From: Bigelowiella natans CCMP2755
Lineage: Eukaryota > Protista > Cercozoa
Length of the DNA: 56,334 nt
Assembly (NCBI GenBank): GCA_000320545.1
Contig: ADNK01003043.1
Span: forward strand, 1 to 56,334
Reading direction: 5' to 3'
In this document: one piece after another, positions 11,454 through 27,400 of the stretch
Numbering within the stretch: position 1 is the first letter of the stretch
How the letters are laid out: the number at the start of each line of letters is the position of its first letter
The notes under the pieces: model-generated
The model's input: only the letters and a program-made list of their open reading frames with translations
Database searches by the model: none
Told to the model about the DNA's origin: nothing
Position numbers and translations under genes: made by a program

Positions 11454-14400
11454 AGCCATTATCGTTGAAAAGCTACAGAATATTGCTGCTCGTCTTTGTA
11501 GTCCGCATTCTGGTCATCAGCAGCATTTTCATAGGCGCTGCCAGCCTCGTTGCTTTTCTCCGGGGCGGCAGAGAATATATCATTGAGCGAGTCCTGGAAG
11601 CTGACGATTTCGGACATCCGAGGTGCCCTGCATTTGTCAAAGATTGGCGAGGAAGTGAGAGGCGGGGTCATCCGAGCTTTGCTCCGGGTGGGTTTGGGCT
11701 CAAGATGCAAGTTGTGTTACGCATCAATTGGAACGGCAAACAACACGGAGGGACAAAAAAAAATAAAGAAGATAATATGGCAAACAGGAAGTGTCGATGG
11801 CCTCGTATATCATGTGACGTCAGACAAGACGCCGAGGCAAGATTTTGTGGTATATTCGGTGCGGCGTATCATCATCTCTCCTGAAAGCTTCTCGCTATAT
11901 CAATCGGGGAAGTTGTGTATACCCGTCGCCATACGACGAACCAAATTTCCTGGATTGGGCTGCGGATTGTAGAGTAAAAGTCAAGGTCTAAACAACACTT
12001 CAATGGCGATTTCTCACAGTCCTTAGACGGCAGCTAGAGCTAAATATAACCCAGATATTTGATTCGACATGCTAACACAGATGTCCCTGTTCTCTTCCCC
12101 CCCCCCCCCTCATTTTATCATAATTATCATCACCACCATCACCACCACCCTACTATATCTCTGCATTCTCTACATTTTACTACTGACGTATGCTCTCCTC
12201 AAGGCGACTGTCTCTAGATGGGAATCTAACGTGTCGTTTGGATCCCCCCTCATCACCAAGCTTCTTCCGCCTCGGACTTAAGATCGATTTCGGAGCGGCG
12301 GTAGCGCTGTTATCCTCCTCCTCAATTACCTCTACTCGGATCGACGACTTGAATGGAAGCGCCCGCCCCTCGGCGCGGCCATCCTCCCCCCCCCCCCCTC
12401 CTCCCGCATAGAGAAGGTCATCCATGGCCGTCTTGGCGCCGGGAACAACTGGCGGGGGAGGACGTGTGCGGCGCAACGTGGCACTACCCCCGATATCACC
12501 GCTGCTCTTTGTGTGTGTTAACTGGCTCGTGCCGACTGTATTATCACAGCCGCCGCTCTCTTCGCCCCCCCCCGGCATCGCCTTCTGGTAAGCGGTGGCG
12601 GCGGCCGCGTCTGCGGCGGCTCTTTCCTCCTCCTTCTCCTCCTCCTCCTCCTCCTTCCTTTTCCTTGCGAGGACAGCCGCTGCGGCAGCGGCTGCCGCCT
12701 CGGGGGAGGGCAGAGGTGGAGCAGCGTTCCTCTCCGCATCCTTCGTCCCATTGTCATCACTGTTCGCCTTGGGATTGCCTTTGTTTATTCCCTCTGATCG
12801 TGTCCTCCCCTTGCTGATTTCGGTGGATGCTGACTTCGTCTTGGAGGTGCTCGAGGAGCTAGCAGCAGCTGCAGAAGAGGGGGCGGGGGCGGGGGCGGGG
12901 GCGGGCGAAGGCATGTCTCGACCCTACGAGGCATTATGTAGAAATCAGAGAAATGAGCAGCAGCGGAGACGGCGGGATCAGGTCTCAACTACTAAATGTA
13001 ATGAAACCGATGATGATGAGTATGATGAAGATAATGATGCGATTACCTCTTGCACTTTCCGGCCGGGAATCGACCCGAAAGTCGCGAGCTTGGGACATGT
13101 GCATAGGGAAGCGAGCCACGACTAAACGCACATACAAGGGAGAGAGAGGTGAAGGGAGAGGGGGGGGGAAGGGGAGGAGATATTTAAACTTCGTCTTTCA
13201 TGTTTCATTTGAAACAATTTTTTAAGGAAAATTCGAAAGATCGGTTTGGTTTCTCACGATACGATCCAGCAGCACAAGGATCAAAAGCTAGGCGCGTAAA
13301 TAGCAGCAATGCGCCTCTGGCAGATGATACCAGGAAATCGTCTTCACTGGGTGCTCGGAGATGATAAGTGCGTATACCGCTTGTGATTCTAAACCTGAGC
13401 GACGTAGTGGGAAAGGCGCTGTGTGACAAGTAGTACGATTCCTTCCGAACCAGCACAGGAAAAAGGCAAAGGCAAAAGCAAGCGCGGCATTCACAGCACG
13501 ATCGCTGCTCACTCATGGTTGGCGGCGTCCTTCGAGTCGGCGAAGAGCGTAGCGCCGTCGAGATCGATAACGCCCTTCGGCGTGACGTTCTCCTTGTCCT
13601 CGTAGTAGTGCAGCTTGTTTATTTGAAGCCGGCAGAATCGCTTCTTATAAGACGTGTTGACTAGGCCTTTCTTCAGAAGATATCCTGTTTTTGCAGGATC
13701 GCCGGAGCCTCCATCCCCCCCCCCCGCTGTGCCACTTGCCACCGCGATACTGGACTTAGCGCTTTGTGGAGCGGTGTTGTTGCCTGAGGGGATCGGTGAC
13801 GAAGATCCGCCCTGGTATGATATACGTGTTAGTGCTGATGTGAAGAGGAGGGTGGGGTGTTCCTGCTGCTGGCACTGGCGTTCTGTTTTTTGTCTTTCTT
13901 ATTTTCTATCCCGAACACACGTATATGCGAGGCGTACATGCCTTCCCTCCATGCATAACCCATCACAATATTGCACGCTACCCTTAACTGAGTGGCAGAG
14001 CGGTTTCCTTTTCCTCGAAACCAAGAGAATATCCCGGATTTGTTTTGTTGATGCTCCGCAGGATTCCCAGACCTGTTCTGTGCAACCTCCTCCATGTCCA
14101 AAATCTGGTTAAAAGCTTGGCGCAGCGTCCAAGCGTTGTCCTTGTGGTCGCGGTTCGTCCGGTGCACGGCCACCATGGCTTTCTCTGTGATAGGGCAGCG
14201 CAACAGAAATCACATCAGACTCAAGGAACAATGGTTCAAAACCCAGCCCAAAAATCCCCCATAAAAGGAGTAGATAGGTGAAGAGCCTTTGAAGCCTTAG
14301 TCCGAGATATTACGTTCGAAGTTGCGCTCACAGCTTTTTCTTATGATAAGCTAGATACTAGGTTGAAGCTATGAACGGCATGGACAGACGTCAACCGATT

Positions 14401-14789
14401 ATTTGCCGAATTTTTTGAAGATTTCTGTCCCCCCTGCCAAATCCGTTCGCTTTCAGACCGTAGAGCAACTCCTCCGCCAGACCACGGTAGACCCTTGCAC
14501 ATGCGCTGATCTGCATATTTATATACACACACACACGCACGCACACACGTCCACATACATGTGCATACATGTTCATTTAAAAACTGTACAATTATGTAAA
14601 AATGAATCTCATGAAAATAGCAAATGGACAACATATTCAACCATCCTTGAACTCCTAAGCGATTAAAACTAATGAATCCACCTTTCCATCGTTGTAGGCC
14701 GGCGCCCCGACGTCGATCGTGTCGCGAATGTCATTTTGAATCACGCTAAGCAACCCCCCCTGCTTTGCAAAAAGGCTATCCGTGGACAT
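10470..14789 (-). CDS. Signalling adaptor: N-terminal helical domain + PH domain + Pro/Ala/Glu-rich linker + SAM domain; middle exons (11450-12020) and last exon uncertain, could be two genes
   Basis: ATG 14789 MSTDSLFAKQ..IRDTIDVGAPAYNDGK|ISACARVY...AWTLRQAFNQIL. PH: KTGYLLKKGLVNTSYKKRFCRL..LHYYED..PKGVIDL..FRITSGIRTYHLRA..SWLASL (about 13050-13695). Pro-rich PRPPPGPYPGPPPP. SAM: ILGEEDLDEEDLFELERSDFKAMGLKYGQIVKLLKAI (about 10700-10860). Confidence 0.75.
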
Positions 14790-14943
14790 GCCTCCCTCGG
14801 TCGGTGCGTTTGCCAGCCAATTACACGTTTAATGCACAGAAAAATAGAGGAAGTAAAGCGACTCGGAAACGCACTTGCTTCTCCGTCGGCACTCGACGGG
14901 CTGGATGCCCTGCGTGTGCGCGACGCGACTCACGGCAGCAGAG

Positions 14944-15500
14944 ATGGGCATTCCAGAAAGCGGCAACATGCTTCGGCGATTTTGTTACGAAAACACGTAA
15001 ATTCCCATGTTTTAGGGTTAAAGTGTCCTGAATTCCGTGGACAATTTGGAATTGGGCTTAGCTTTCGACTGCGTCATCCATGTCGCACAGAAGAATCCAA
15101 TGGGGTTGTGAGGAGATCGTCGTTCCATCGCTGTCCGGCTGCCTCGCATGAGCTCTGTCTCTGCCGGCCGACGGATGTGAAACCAACGCTTCAATTCCCT
15201 CTGTTGCACAACTCTTCGCATTGTGGTGATGATGTGATGATCCAGAATTTGCTTTTGCCAAATGGACAAGCAATGCATTGTTCCCCTTGTGAACGATTTC
15301 CAGGAGAACAAAACCCACGTCGTTTGACGTGGTGACTTGCTGCAAACAGCATTGCTCATCAGCTGTTGGAAGGCAGGGTGAAAAGAGAAGTGCACAAGTG
15401 CAGTGAGGTGCAGCAAGACGCGATGAAGGAGCAAGTTGCGCAAGTCTTCGTGCCGACTGCAGAGTTCCGTGAACTTTGGTGCTTCCACGATGCAAGGCAG
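14944..15500 (+). pseudogene. Hypermutated pseudogene of unknown family
   Basis: ATG 14944 MGIPESG, intron-like segment 14963-15015 starting GCAACA and ending TTTAG, then about 160 codons with one TGA, 0 Tyr and about 10 Cys + 9 His. Confidence 0.65.
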
Positions 15501-16320
15501 TCCAGCAGTGGCAGTGGTTGTGGCCGCACAGCAGTGGTGGCAGCAAAAGAGAAGAAGAAGAAGAGAAAGTGCAAAAACGATGTTGGGAGGTGTTGGAGAA
15601 AGAGGGAACACCCAAGGCCATGAACAAGAGCGATCATCACAAGATCGAAAGATGACGTTGTCGTCAACTGTGCATCTTGCGAGTGACATCGTCATTGCTA
15701 GATTGCCATCATGATCATCATCTGCATCTTCGTCCATGTGTTGTGATGGACTGCTCTGGTGCTAGACATGCGTGCATCACAAGGAAGAAGCACACTGCAT
15801 GCATGACGTGCAGCACGAGTGCTGCACTGCAGATGCTGCTGACTGTCCACATTGCATTAGTGTCAAGCGTAAAAGTGCAGCTGTGAGATGACAGATGTTC
15901 AACAGCAATCAGAGCTCAATCATTCCGTCTAGCTGTTGCCGACAACATCGAGAAACAGAAAGCAAGCCTTCTGGCCTTGAAAATGCGCATGCGTGCCATG
16001 CGACTGCTGGAAAGTGAGAGAGCGCACACATGTGCTTGTGCTCACTACCGTCCATTCTGGCATTGTGAACACACTAGCACACGACAAAACGGGAGTAGCA
16101 TGCAGACTTTTCTTTCCGCATGCTAGCATGTTTGAAATTTGGCCACATGCGCGCTGCAACGGAATGGTGTGTTCAAGCATGCATCCTGTCCCGGTGACAA
16201 CGAGTGAGGCAATGTGAAGGGATGATTGTTGCAGACATGTGGCGTGATGTGATGCATGCTAGCATGTGCTGCACAGCTGACAATGCTGTGTTGTGTCCAT
16301 CATTGTGCACTGCTTCCATT
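15061..16320. other. TpA-depleted, TpG/CpA-rich hypermutated tract
   Basis: No TA in 15061-15698; about 10 in 1260 nt, 6 of them in CTAG. CpG abundant. Confidence 0.9.
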
Positions 16321-16326
16321 CATTGA

Positions 16327-19800
<3,474 letters not shown>

Positions 19801-19815
19801 TGTGTGCGTCCAATC

Positions 19816-20284
19816 TCACAGACATCTTTTCTCATTACATCGTACATGTTGAACAGATTTCTTCTGGGCCATTATGGTAAACATGAGAGCGCATCGATTT
19901 CGCTGATGCTCTGGAAGCCGGTAGAATCCATCGTCTCCCTTGACCATCGATTCCATGAACTTCCAATCCAGCATCCTATGTTCTTGAACCTTTTGGATGG
20001 TGAATCCAGCATCGATTAATGCCTGAATAATCTCGAAAAGACTATGGTTCCACTCATAAGTCCGTGTATTACAAAGCCGTTCATTTGACTCCATAGCAGT
20101 GTACGTGTAGCCAGAGTCGAACACCATCGGAGACTTTGTCTCAAAGTAAGGATAGGCGAGAAGTAGATCCTGTCCGCCCTTTTCATCTAGCTTTCGATCG
20201 TCATATCCTGACAAATTGACATGTCACTTATTCTGCTCTAATACGTGCTCTATTTGAAATTGTTGTTGTTGCTGTTGTTATTAT

Positions 20285-20318
<34 letters not shown>

Positions 20319-21058
20319 TGCGTGTGTGTGTGTTGCGTTTATTCGTAGTCGTCAATGAAACCTGGTGTGTCATCATCAGCCAGCGCGTTTAGCATCGGAT
20401 GGCCATCTCTAATGTAGAAGATCCCGCCATCTGCCAGCACTTTGGATACCTGCTTTGCCCATGCTCTAATATCAGGAAGCCAACAAATAGCTCCGACTCC
20501 CGTGAAGACGACGTCGAACTGTCGCCCACAAAGCGCTTTTTCTGCATTGTACACATCGCTGACGACAAACTCCGCGGGAATTTTGAGTTCCTTGCTAAGG
20601 TTTCTGGCCTTCTCGATCGCAGTTCGGCTGAAATCAAGCCCAACCACCTCTGACGCCCCCTCTCTGATCCAGCTCAGCGTATCAAGGCCGAAGTGGCATT
20701 GGAGGTGCAACAGTGATTTGCCTTGCACATGTGGGCCCAAAGCCTCACGATCTATTGCCGTGATACAAGAGCCCGAGCTTGATGACGAGGAGGATATATT
20801 TGACTTATGATTGGAAGAGACTTGCTTTCCCTCGCTGATTCTTTTCAAGCAATCTGCGTAGAAGGTCGCACAAGGCTTGATATGATGCTTAACCCTCTCG
20901 TCCCAGTTGCGTTCGTTGGCCAGCCGCATCTGTTCCCATGACTCCCCACCAGTATCAACATCATCAGCACTATCACTATATGTCTCAGCTCTCTTAAGGA
21001 CTCGGTAGAGAGCTACAGCGATGGTCCCCAGTGCCAGGGAAGGGGGGGCGAGGAGCAT
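19816..21058 (-). CDS. Class I SAM-dependent methyltransferase of bacterial type; 2 exons (intron about 20209-20361)
   Basis: ANERNWDER; motif I variant GKSLLHLQCHFGLDTLS; VVGLDFS; FDVVFTGVGAICWLPDI..W; GGIFYIRDGHP; YPYF; YEWNHSL.EIIQALIDAGF. Confidence 0.92.
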
Positions 21059-21361
21059 GCTGGTTCAGTTCTGAGAAGCCGATGCCGACAGAACTCGGAA
21101 GTTCACCCGTAAATTCTGGGAACTACCTGATTTCTTGTCGCAGAAAGAAAAATCCCGCTTATTTCATCGATCCCAATGGGGGAAAAAATCCTGGAGGAAA
21201 CGCAGTCCGATTTTACAGCTCGGAGCGCGGTCACTTGAGAAAGCGTTTCAAATTTCCCACAATTAGTTCTGGGCGACTTGATTTGATTTTATGTATTATG
21301 CATCTAAACATATCATGTCGCAGGGCAAAATTCCAGGACGCTCGCATCTACAAAAGGCGAA

Positions 21362-22287
21362 ATGGAGTCGACGTGGTCCCGGCCACAGATGATGGCGCTG
21401 TCCACGTCGGTCCGGCCGTTCGGTCCACACCCGTCCTCACTCTTGGCTGCAACCTCCCTCCCCAACCATCGTCCTCTTGAATCTACTCATCTAAGGAACC
21501 GAAAGGCCCTGTGGGCCAAGGGAAACCGCGCGGTGCAGATCCGAGCCTCCAACGGCGACGACATCGAGGAGTTACAGAAAAAAAGGCTGAGGAACAAGCA
21601 GGTGAGTGTACGCTCGAAGGGGAGACGAGCCAGCTGAAAAAAATATTATACCTTCAGGATCGGTCACAAGCGGCACGCGACTTCCGAGTCATAAGTATCG
21701 CTGTGAGCGCCCTCTTCGCGGGGCTTGCAGTTTTCCTCCGATATCAGGTAAATGCTCGGATTACGTTGTGGTTCTATGACTTTTGAAGAGCATTCGATGG
21801 AGCAACGAATATATGACTAATGCCTCCTTCCACATACTCGCAGGATGCAGATCTTTTCCTCGACGAAGACTTCAACCTCGACGCAGTGCCGGTTATCGCC
21901 GGGCTCCTCCTTGCCATATCCTTTCAATACTCAAGGTAGCAGCCCCCGCCATTATCTCTTTAGCCATCGTGGTTCTTCACGCACTGTCACCGACCTTACA
22001 TGACATACCTCACAGCCCCTATCAGCTCCTAATCGTGTTTTTCGGCCGGTTCGAGACGGAAAGGCCTGTCGATTGGGTTGCGGATCGATTGGCTGGCAAG
22101 GGGGGCGGGGCGGGAGAGAGTGATGCTGTCGCTCCTTCCCAAAGTACCACTGCGGCAATGAAAGCAGCCAGCGCGGCTCTGATTGGGGCGGGGGGTGTGA
22201 CACTTGCAGCGTTGATTTCGAAGTATGTGGGAGACACGTGGGCCTTGAGCCTAGCGATCGGAACCGGCTTCTTCTCCTTTCTCTACG

Positions 22288-22358
<71 letters not shown>

Positions 22359-23051
22359 TGTGTGTCCGCAATGAGATACATGGCCAATCGCTCTGCATTC
22401 TCAACCCTCCCGTCATTTCTTCACATCTCTGGTTCTTACTTATCAATGCTGGTATCGCTCAGGTCGGTCGCCCGCGTCAACTCAATGCTGATGAGGTAAC
22501 AGCTAATACACAACCGCCTCCGCTGCTGCGGCTTTGCTATATAAGAAAGGAACTTACGCCTGTTTGACTCTCGTTCTCTCCCCAGACCGCTGCGCGAGAG
22601 GAGGCGTGGGGTGACTTCGAGGTGTTCGCCGAAACAAGGTCTGCCAACCAAAAACGATTGGGAGAAGTATTTACAGATCATCGATGCCCCATACATAACG
22701 AGCTGCCTATTAACCCCCTGCCCCGCTAGTTGACACTTGCCCCGTCGCCCCTCCCTCCCTGGTTCTACTATCCCTTCCTCGGCTCTGATATGATTCATAA
22801 TTTCAAAAAACCGGTCAATTATAATTGTTAGCCTGGTGAGGGCTGGAAGCTGTCACGAGTCAGAGATTATGGCGGCATTTGTGAGGGAGTATCCTAAATA
22901 TAAGGACGAATCTGAGGGCGAGCAAGCGCGAAAGCAGATGCGGCGCTTTGTCTCGCGATGGAACCCATACGCTGAGAGAACCCCTTACGGCTTCTTCAAG
23001 AATGTCGCGTTTTCCTCTGCCTTCAAGGAAGGGATGACAAAATCGCTTTGA
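21362..23051 (+). CDS. Multi-pass membrane protein of unknown function, probably plastid-targeted; about 7 exons, true start may be upstream
   Basis: Basic Ser/Arg-rich leader ending VQIRAS; several hydrophobic segments; spliced TWALSLAIGTGFFSFLYE|VGRPRQL..FEVFAETR|LVRAGSCHESEI..RTPYGFFKNV. Intron phases are consistent. Confidence 0.75.
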
Positions 23052-23097
23052 CAGGGGCAAGAAGCGAGGAGGCGGAAGATTGAATGGGAAAGAGGGA

Positions 23098-23146
<49 letters not shown>

Positions 23147-24431
23147 GAAAGAAAGGTGACATTTTGCGGTTGTGGTAAAGCAATTAGAACTATGCGATTT
23201 CAGCGGGCTTTCAACATCATGTTGTAAATATAACCGTAGATTACTCTCATTCGGCACGTGAACCCCGCCGAAATAACAACAACAATGCGGAAGATGATGA
23301 GTAGATGTTGCGAAGTTGCGTTGTTGATGCTTAGTAGTAACAAGAGAAGTTAAGTATTCGCGATGATCATCATGTATAATAAAAGCCAAACGCAAGGGTG
23401 CTGTGCACGTGCGCGCGACGCATCATTAGCTAGAGGGTGTGCGACTGATATAGCGACTGCATGGCGCATTTAGCTTGATGCTGTGTGCCATTTTGTTAGC
23501 AATCGTTCATCACAGCAGCAGATTGTGCAGCATGGCATCGTATCGCAGAGCACGACGCAACAATAACAAGCGCGTCTAGCCACGCAAGCAAGCTAACGTA
23601 CGGATGGCAGCGTGTCGACCAATGCAAATTCGTTTTATTGAGGCCGATGTCGCATTTAACTTTGGTGTGCTATGCTATGCGCTTTTATTTGCTACTAAAA
23701 TGCACGCGCGCTTTCTCCTTCATCCAATCATGTTTCTAGAGTCTCCTGATGCGGCATTGCATATAATATATAATCTAAGGTTGCAAGGGGCAACAGCCGC
23801 GTTTCGCGAAACGCATCAACGCCACAACAACTACATTGCCAGAGAGTTGTTACGGCTGGATTAAAATATACAGACTGTGTGCATTTCTTAGCAAAAACGT
23901 GGGAGAGCAATAATTCAACACAAACCAACAACATAAAAGAATCTATCATCCGAACACAACGCACGTACCATCACGACCGGAGTGGGGCACGCCATCTTAT
24001 TCCAAATCGTCGTTTGATGAGTACACAATAATACCAAATCTTTCTAAAATTCCGATATTGCCCTCTTTCCCTAAAATTCTGCGCACGATTAAACCCCCGC
24101 ATACATTTATATCTCAAATACTGCCAACTCTGCTCCCGGTAGGGGGGGCGGGAAATGAAAAATTGTAACGGAACGAGTTGTAAGCGGATTCGGTCTGCAG
24201 GGGTCGGTCGGCGCACAGCGAGTGCGTATGTTCTTTTTTTTTTTTTTTTTTTTTTCCCTAATGCTCTCTTCTCACCAGCTCTTGCTTGATCTATCCACAG
24301 CATATCTACCAATAGCCTTCTACTTGAATTCTAGAGATCCCGAGGATCCCTGCGGCGTTTCAGGTTCACCATTCTCTTCACCACAGCTCTAATAAGCGCA
24401 GTGCTTCCTTCTGTCTATCTTGCTAGCAACT

Positions 24432-27400
24432 CTAGTCGCTGCTGCTGCTTTCGCTGTCGCTCGCAGACGTATCGTCCGACACCTCCACTACGACTTTACC
24501 GCGGACTGTCAGTACATTACCACACAGTCGTCAAAACACTTCACGGTACAAACACAAGCACGTTGCTGCGGGGGAGTGGATATGTCATGTATTATGTGCA
24601 CGCGCGCGTCGTTGCCGCTGTTAGACATGGACGCATTATTACCTGGAGTTTTGCCTCTATTCACTGCTCCAGGCATTGAGTCGGAGTCCGACGACGACGA
24701 GGCCGATGTAGAGATATCAGCGTTCTTAGCCCTGCAACATCAAGGTCGATGGAAGGGGGGGGGGGGGAGCAGGATGAGAGCGCCGAAGAAGTGAAACAAA
24801 CAAGGCGACTCCGATTACGATTCGCCTTATTATTATCATTATTTGTATCCCCGCGACATGTGGGGGCTTCAGAGCGCGCGCAGTTGTCACTGGGAAATAT
24901 CTGCGGGTTTTCAGCCCGCAGGATCGATATCCCCAGCCATATTCTTTCGAAAGAAGGTCGGCATCTTCTCTTCTTCTAAAAAAATGTCAGCTTCTAGTCA
25001 GACCTCTTCTTATCTCTGTTGAAGAATCGGTCTACGAGTCCTTTCGGGTTCTTCTTCTCCTCTCTGAACACCTCCTCCTCATCGATGGATGAGCTGTGCA
25101 GCGGCGCGGCGAGCGACAACACAAGGCCATAATGATTAGGTTTGGCTTGGATGTTGATGGTGGTGATGATGGTGGTGATTCCACGCGGGAAACTCGTGTC
25201 GGAAGAGTGTTAAAAATTTTATTTTCACGGGGGTCAGATATAAGACGAACGCGCATGTTTCGCCGAACCTGAGATCGGTCGAACTCGTCTCGTCGGCATC
25301 GTCGATGACCACGCCTGCAAGCATTGATTTGCCAAAAATAAAAGATCCCAGCAACAGAACCACGGCGTCATGAGAGGAATGTGATGAAGTACACACCACC
25401 CCATACAACTATGTGCGACATAGAAATTATTTCTGAAAAATACGAATGTGTGTATATCCGTATATGTGTGTGTATTCAATCAAAAGCGGGGGCTATAGCA
25501 GACGCCCAGGGCATCCTGATCGTCGCTCATATGGGTATGGGCACCTTTAAGCGCGCGCTTTGCGTCATCACGCAACGCCACCGCGCCTTTCGTCCATTTG
25601 TTGACCACGTTGGGTCTTGGCTCGATATCTTCAGATGAGGAAGCTATTTGATCCCTCTCAGCTTCAGAATCGGTGATGTATTCGCCTGTGGGCGTCGTTG
25701 TGGTAAACATATCACTCCGATGAGGATTTCACTCTTAACGCAGTGGGAGAGGCTTTTGCCATCAACCGCCGACACGCACCCGCACACGCACACGCACACG
25801 CACGCGCGCGCGCTTGCACTCGCAATTCATAAAATAAATTCCCAAAAAAATGCTCTCTTCCCTCCATTCAGGGGAAGAAAACCGTCTCTCCTACCCGCGT
25901 TCGGCTTGTGCTTCTTGTCATACTCCAGCTGGTAGTTGACCCGGTTGAGGTGGTCCCGAATTCGCCGCGCGCGCCAGCACAACCACATCCCGATTATGAT
26001 TGCTGCAGGAGAGGGGCGGGTGGAAGAAGCAGAGGGGGGGGGGGGGAAATCAAAAGGTGGGATTAGGTGGGATTCGCAATCAATCGGCGCTTGGAGCGAC
26101 GCTTATTATTATGTCCTCTAATGCTGCTACCTCCGATCAAGATGATAGGGAAGACAGATGCCCAATTCTTCTCGAGCCTAATCGAAGATTCACAAGACAA
26201 AGCGCACACGCGAAGCGACCATTACTCGTCAATGCTACCCCGTGCTCCGCCCCCCGCTCAAGATTCTGATGACTTCTACTCCTCCTCCTCACTTAGTAAC
26301 AAACTAGTTGTGCGCGAACAACAGACCATGAGGGCTCCGGCTTGGTGTAATTTTCGCAATAAAGCCCCTCGTAGTATTCTTGGCATTTGCACGTGTCTAC
26401 ATAGGGAAGATAGCCATCGATGAAGAAATACGACTTCTCCATCGGCGGAGGATGCGAGTAGATGTTGGAAGGGGGATTGGGGATTGGAGGGGGGGAGGGG
26501 AGGGGCGGCGAGCTACATACTTGGAGCGGTGCATATGCCTCCGTTCAAGCACTGAATGTCACAGACGGGCTTCTCGCAAAAGGTGCCTGTGTTGAGAGTC
26601 GGGACAAGAGAAGAGAAAGCGCCACGGTCAGGAATGGAATATATACAAAATGCTGCTGAAAGGGGGCAGAGGATAGGGGCAGGCATGTATAAATCTCCCC
26701 CTCCCCCCCCCCCCCCCTCTCTCTCTCTCTCTCTTCCTTTGATATAGGTGTGTGTTTGTGTGTGAGAGAGTGCTTCTACCTGCCCAGCCGACATGACAGG
26801 TGCAGTTGTTGGGCGTAGAGCAGTCCCCGTTCGTGCAATCAGACTGCAGCAGCGGCAAAGAGTACGCGTTAGCAAAAACTTATATAATGTGTACATTGCA
26901 TTCGTCACCACTGCAATACTACTAGCAATGCTGTCATTTTATGTCAAATTCGCTCTCGTCGCACCGTCCTATTCATCCAGAAGTCATCGGGACGAAATGG
27001 CTTTAAGCACAGAGGCACATTGCAGTTGGGCCCCACCTAGCCAAGCAAGACGAAGTATTTAAGGTATTGATTTGCGTTACTCACATAATCACAAATCTCC
27101 GTCTTCTTCGGATCCCTCCCTCCCCCCCCCCTTACACTCACCCATCCTCGCGTGCAGGCGCAGAAGTTCGGCGCGATGCAGAGCCCTCCGTTTTGGCAGG
27201 TCACTTGATCGCAAACTGCCGTGTCGCACGCATCACCTGCACGAGAGTCATTCGTTGAGCGAAGTAGGATACACACGTTGGGGGAGGAGGGGAGGGGAAT
27301 GAGGACGCAACCCAAGAGTTTGCGGGGGATCGGAAGATTTTGACAGGCGGGTCAAGAAGAATGATCCCGATACGGATAGAGAGAGAGAGAGGGGGGGGGT

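Noticed and set aside
15011-15020. TTTAGGGTTA telomere-like motif
   Set aside because: Single copy coinciding with a splice acceptor.
15061-15500. ADAR-edited retrocopy
   Set aside because: Both TG and CA products occur, an intron is retained, and TAG (the ADAR-preferred context) is the one spared.
15061-16320. CpG methylation decay or fungal-type RIP as the cause of the TG/CA excess
   Set aside because: CpG is plentiful and TpA is missing. 5mC decay removes CpG, and RIP increases TpA.
24420-24794. Plus-strand 124-aa ORF with a signal-like start
   Set aside because: It overlaps the last minus-strand exons of the NHL-EGF gene, which splice in phase.
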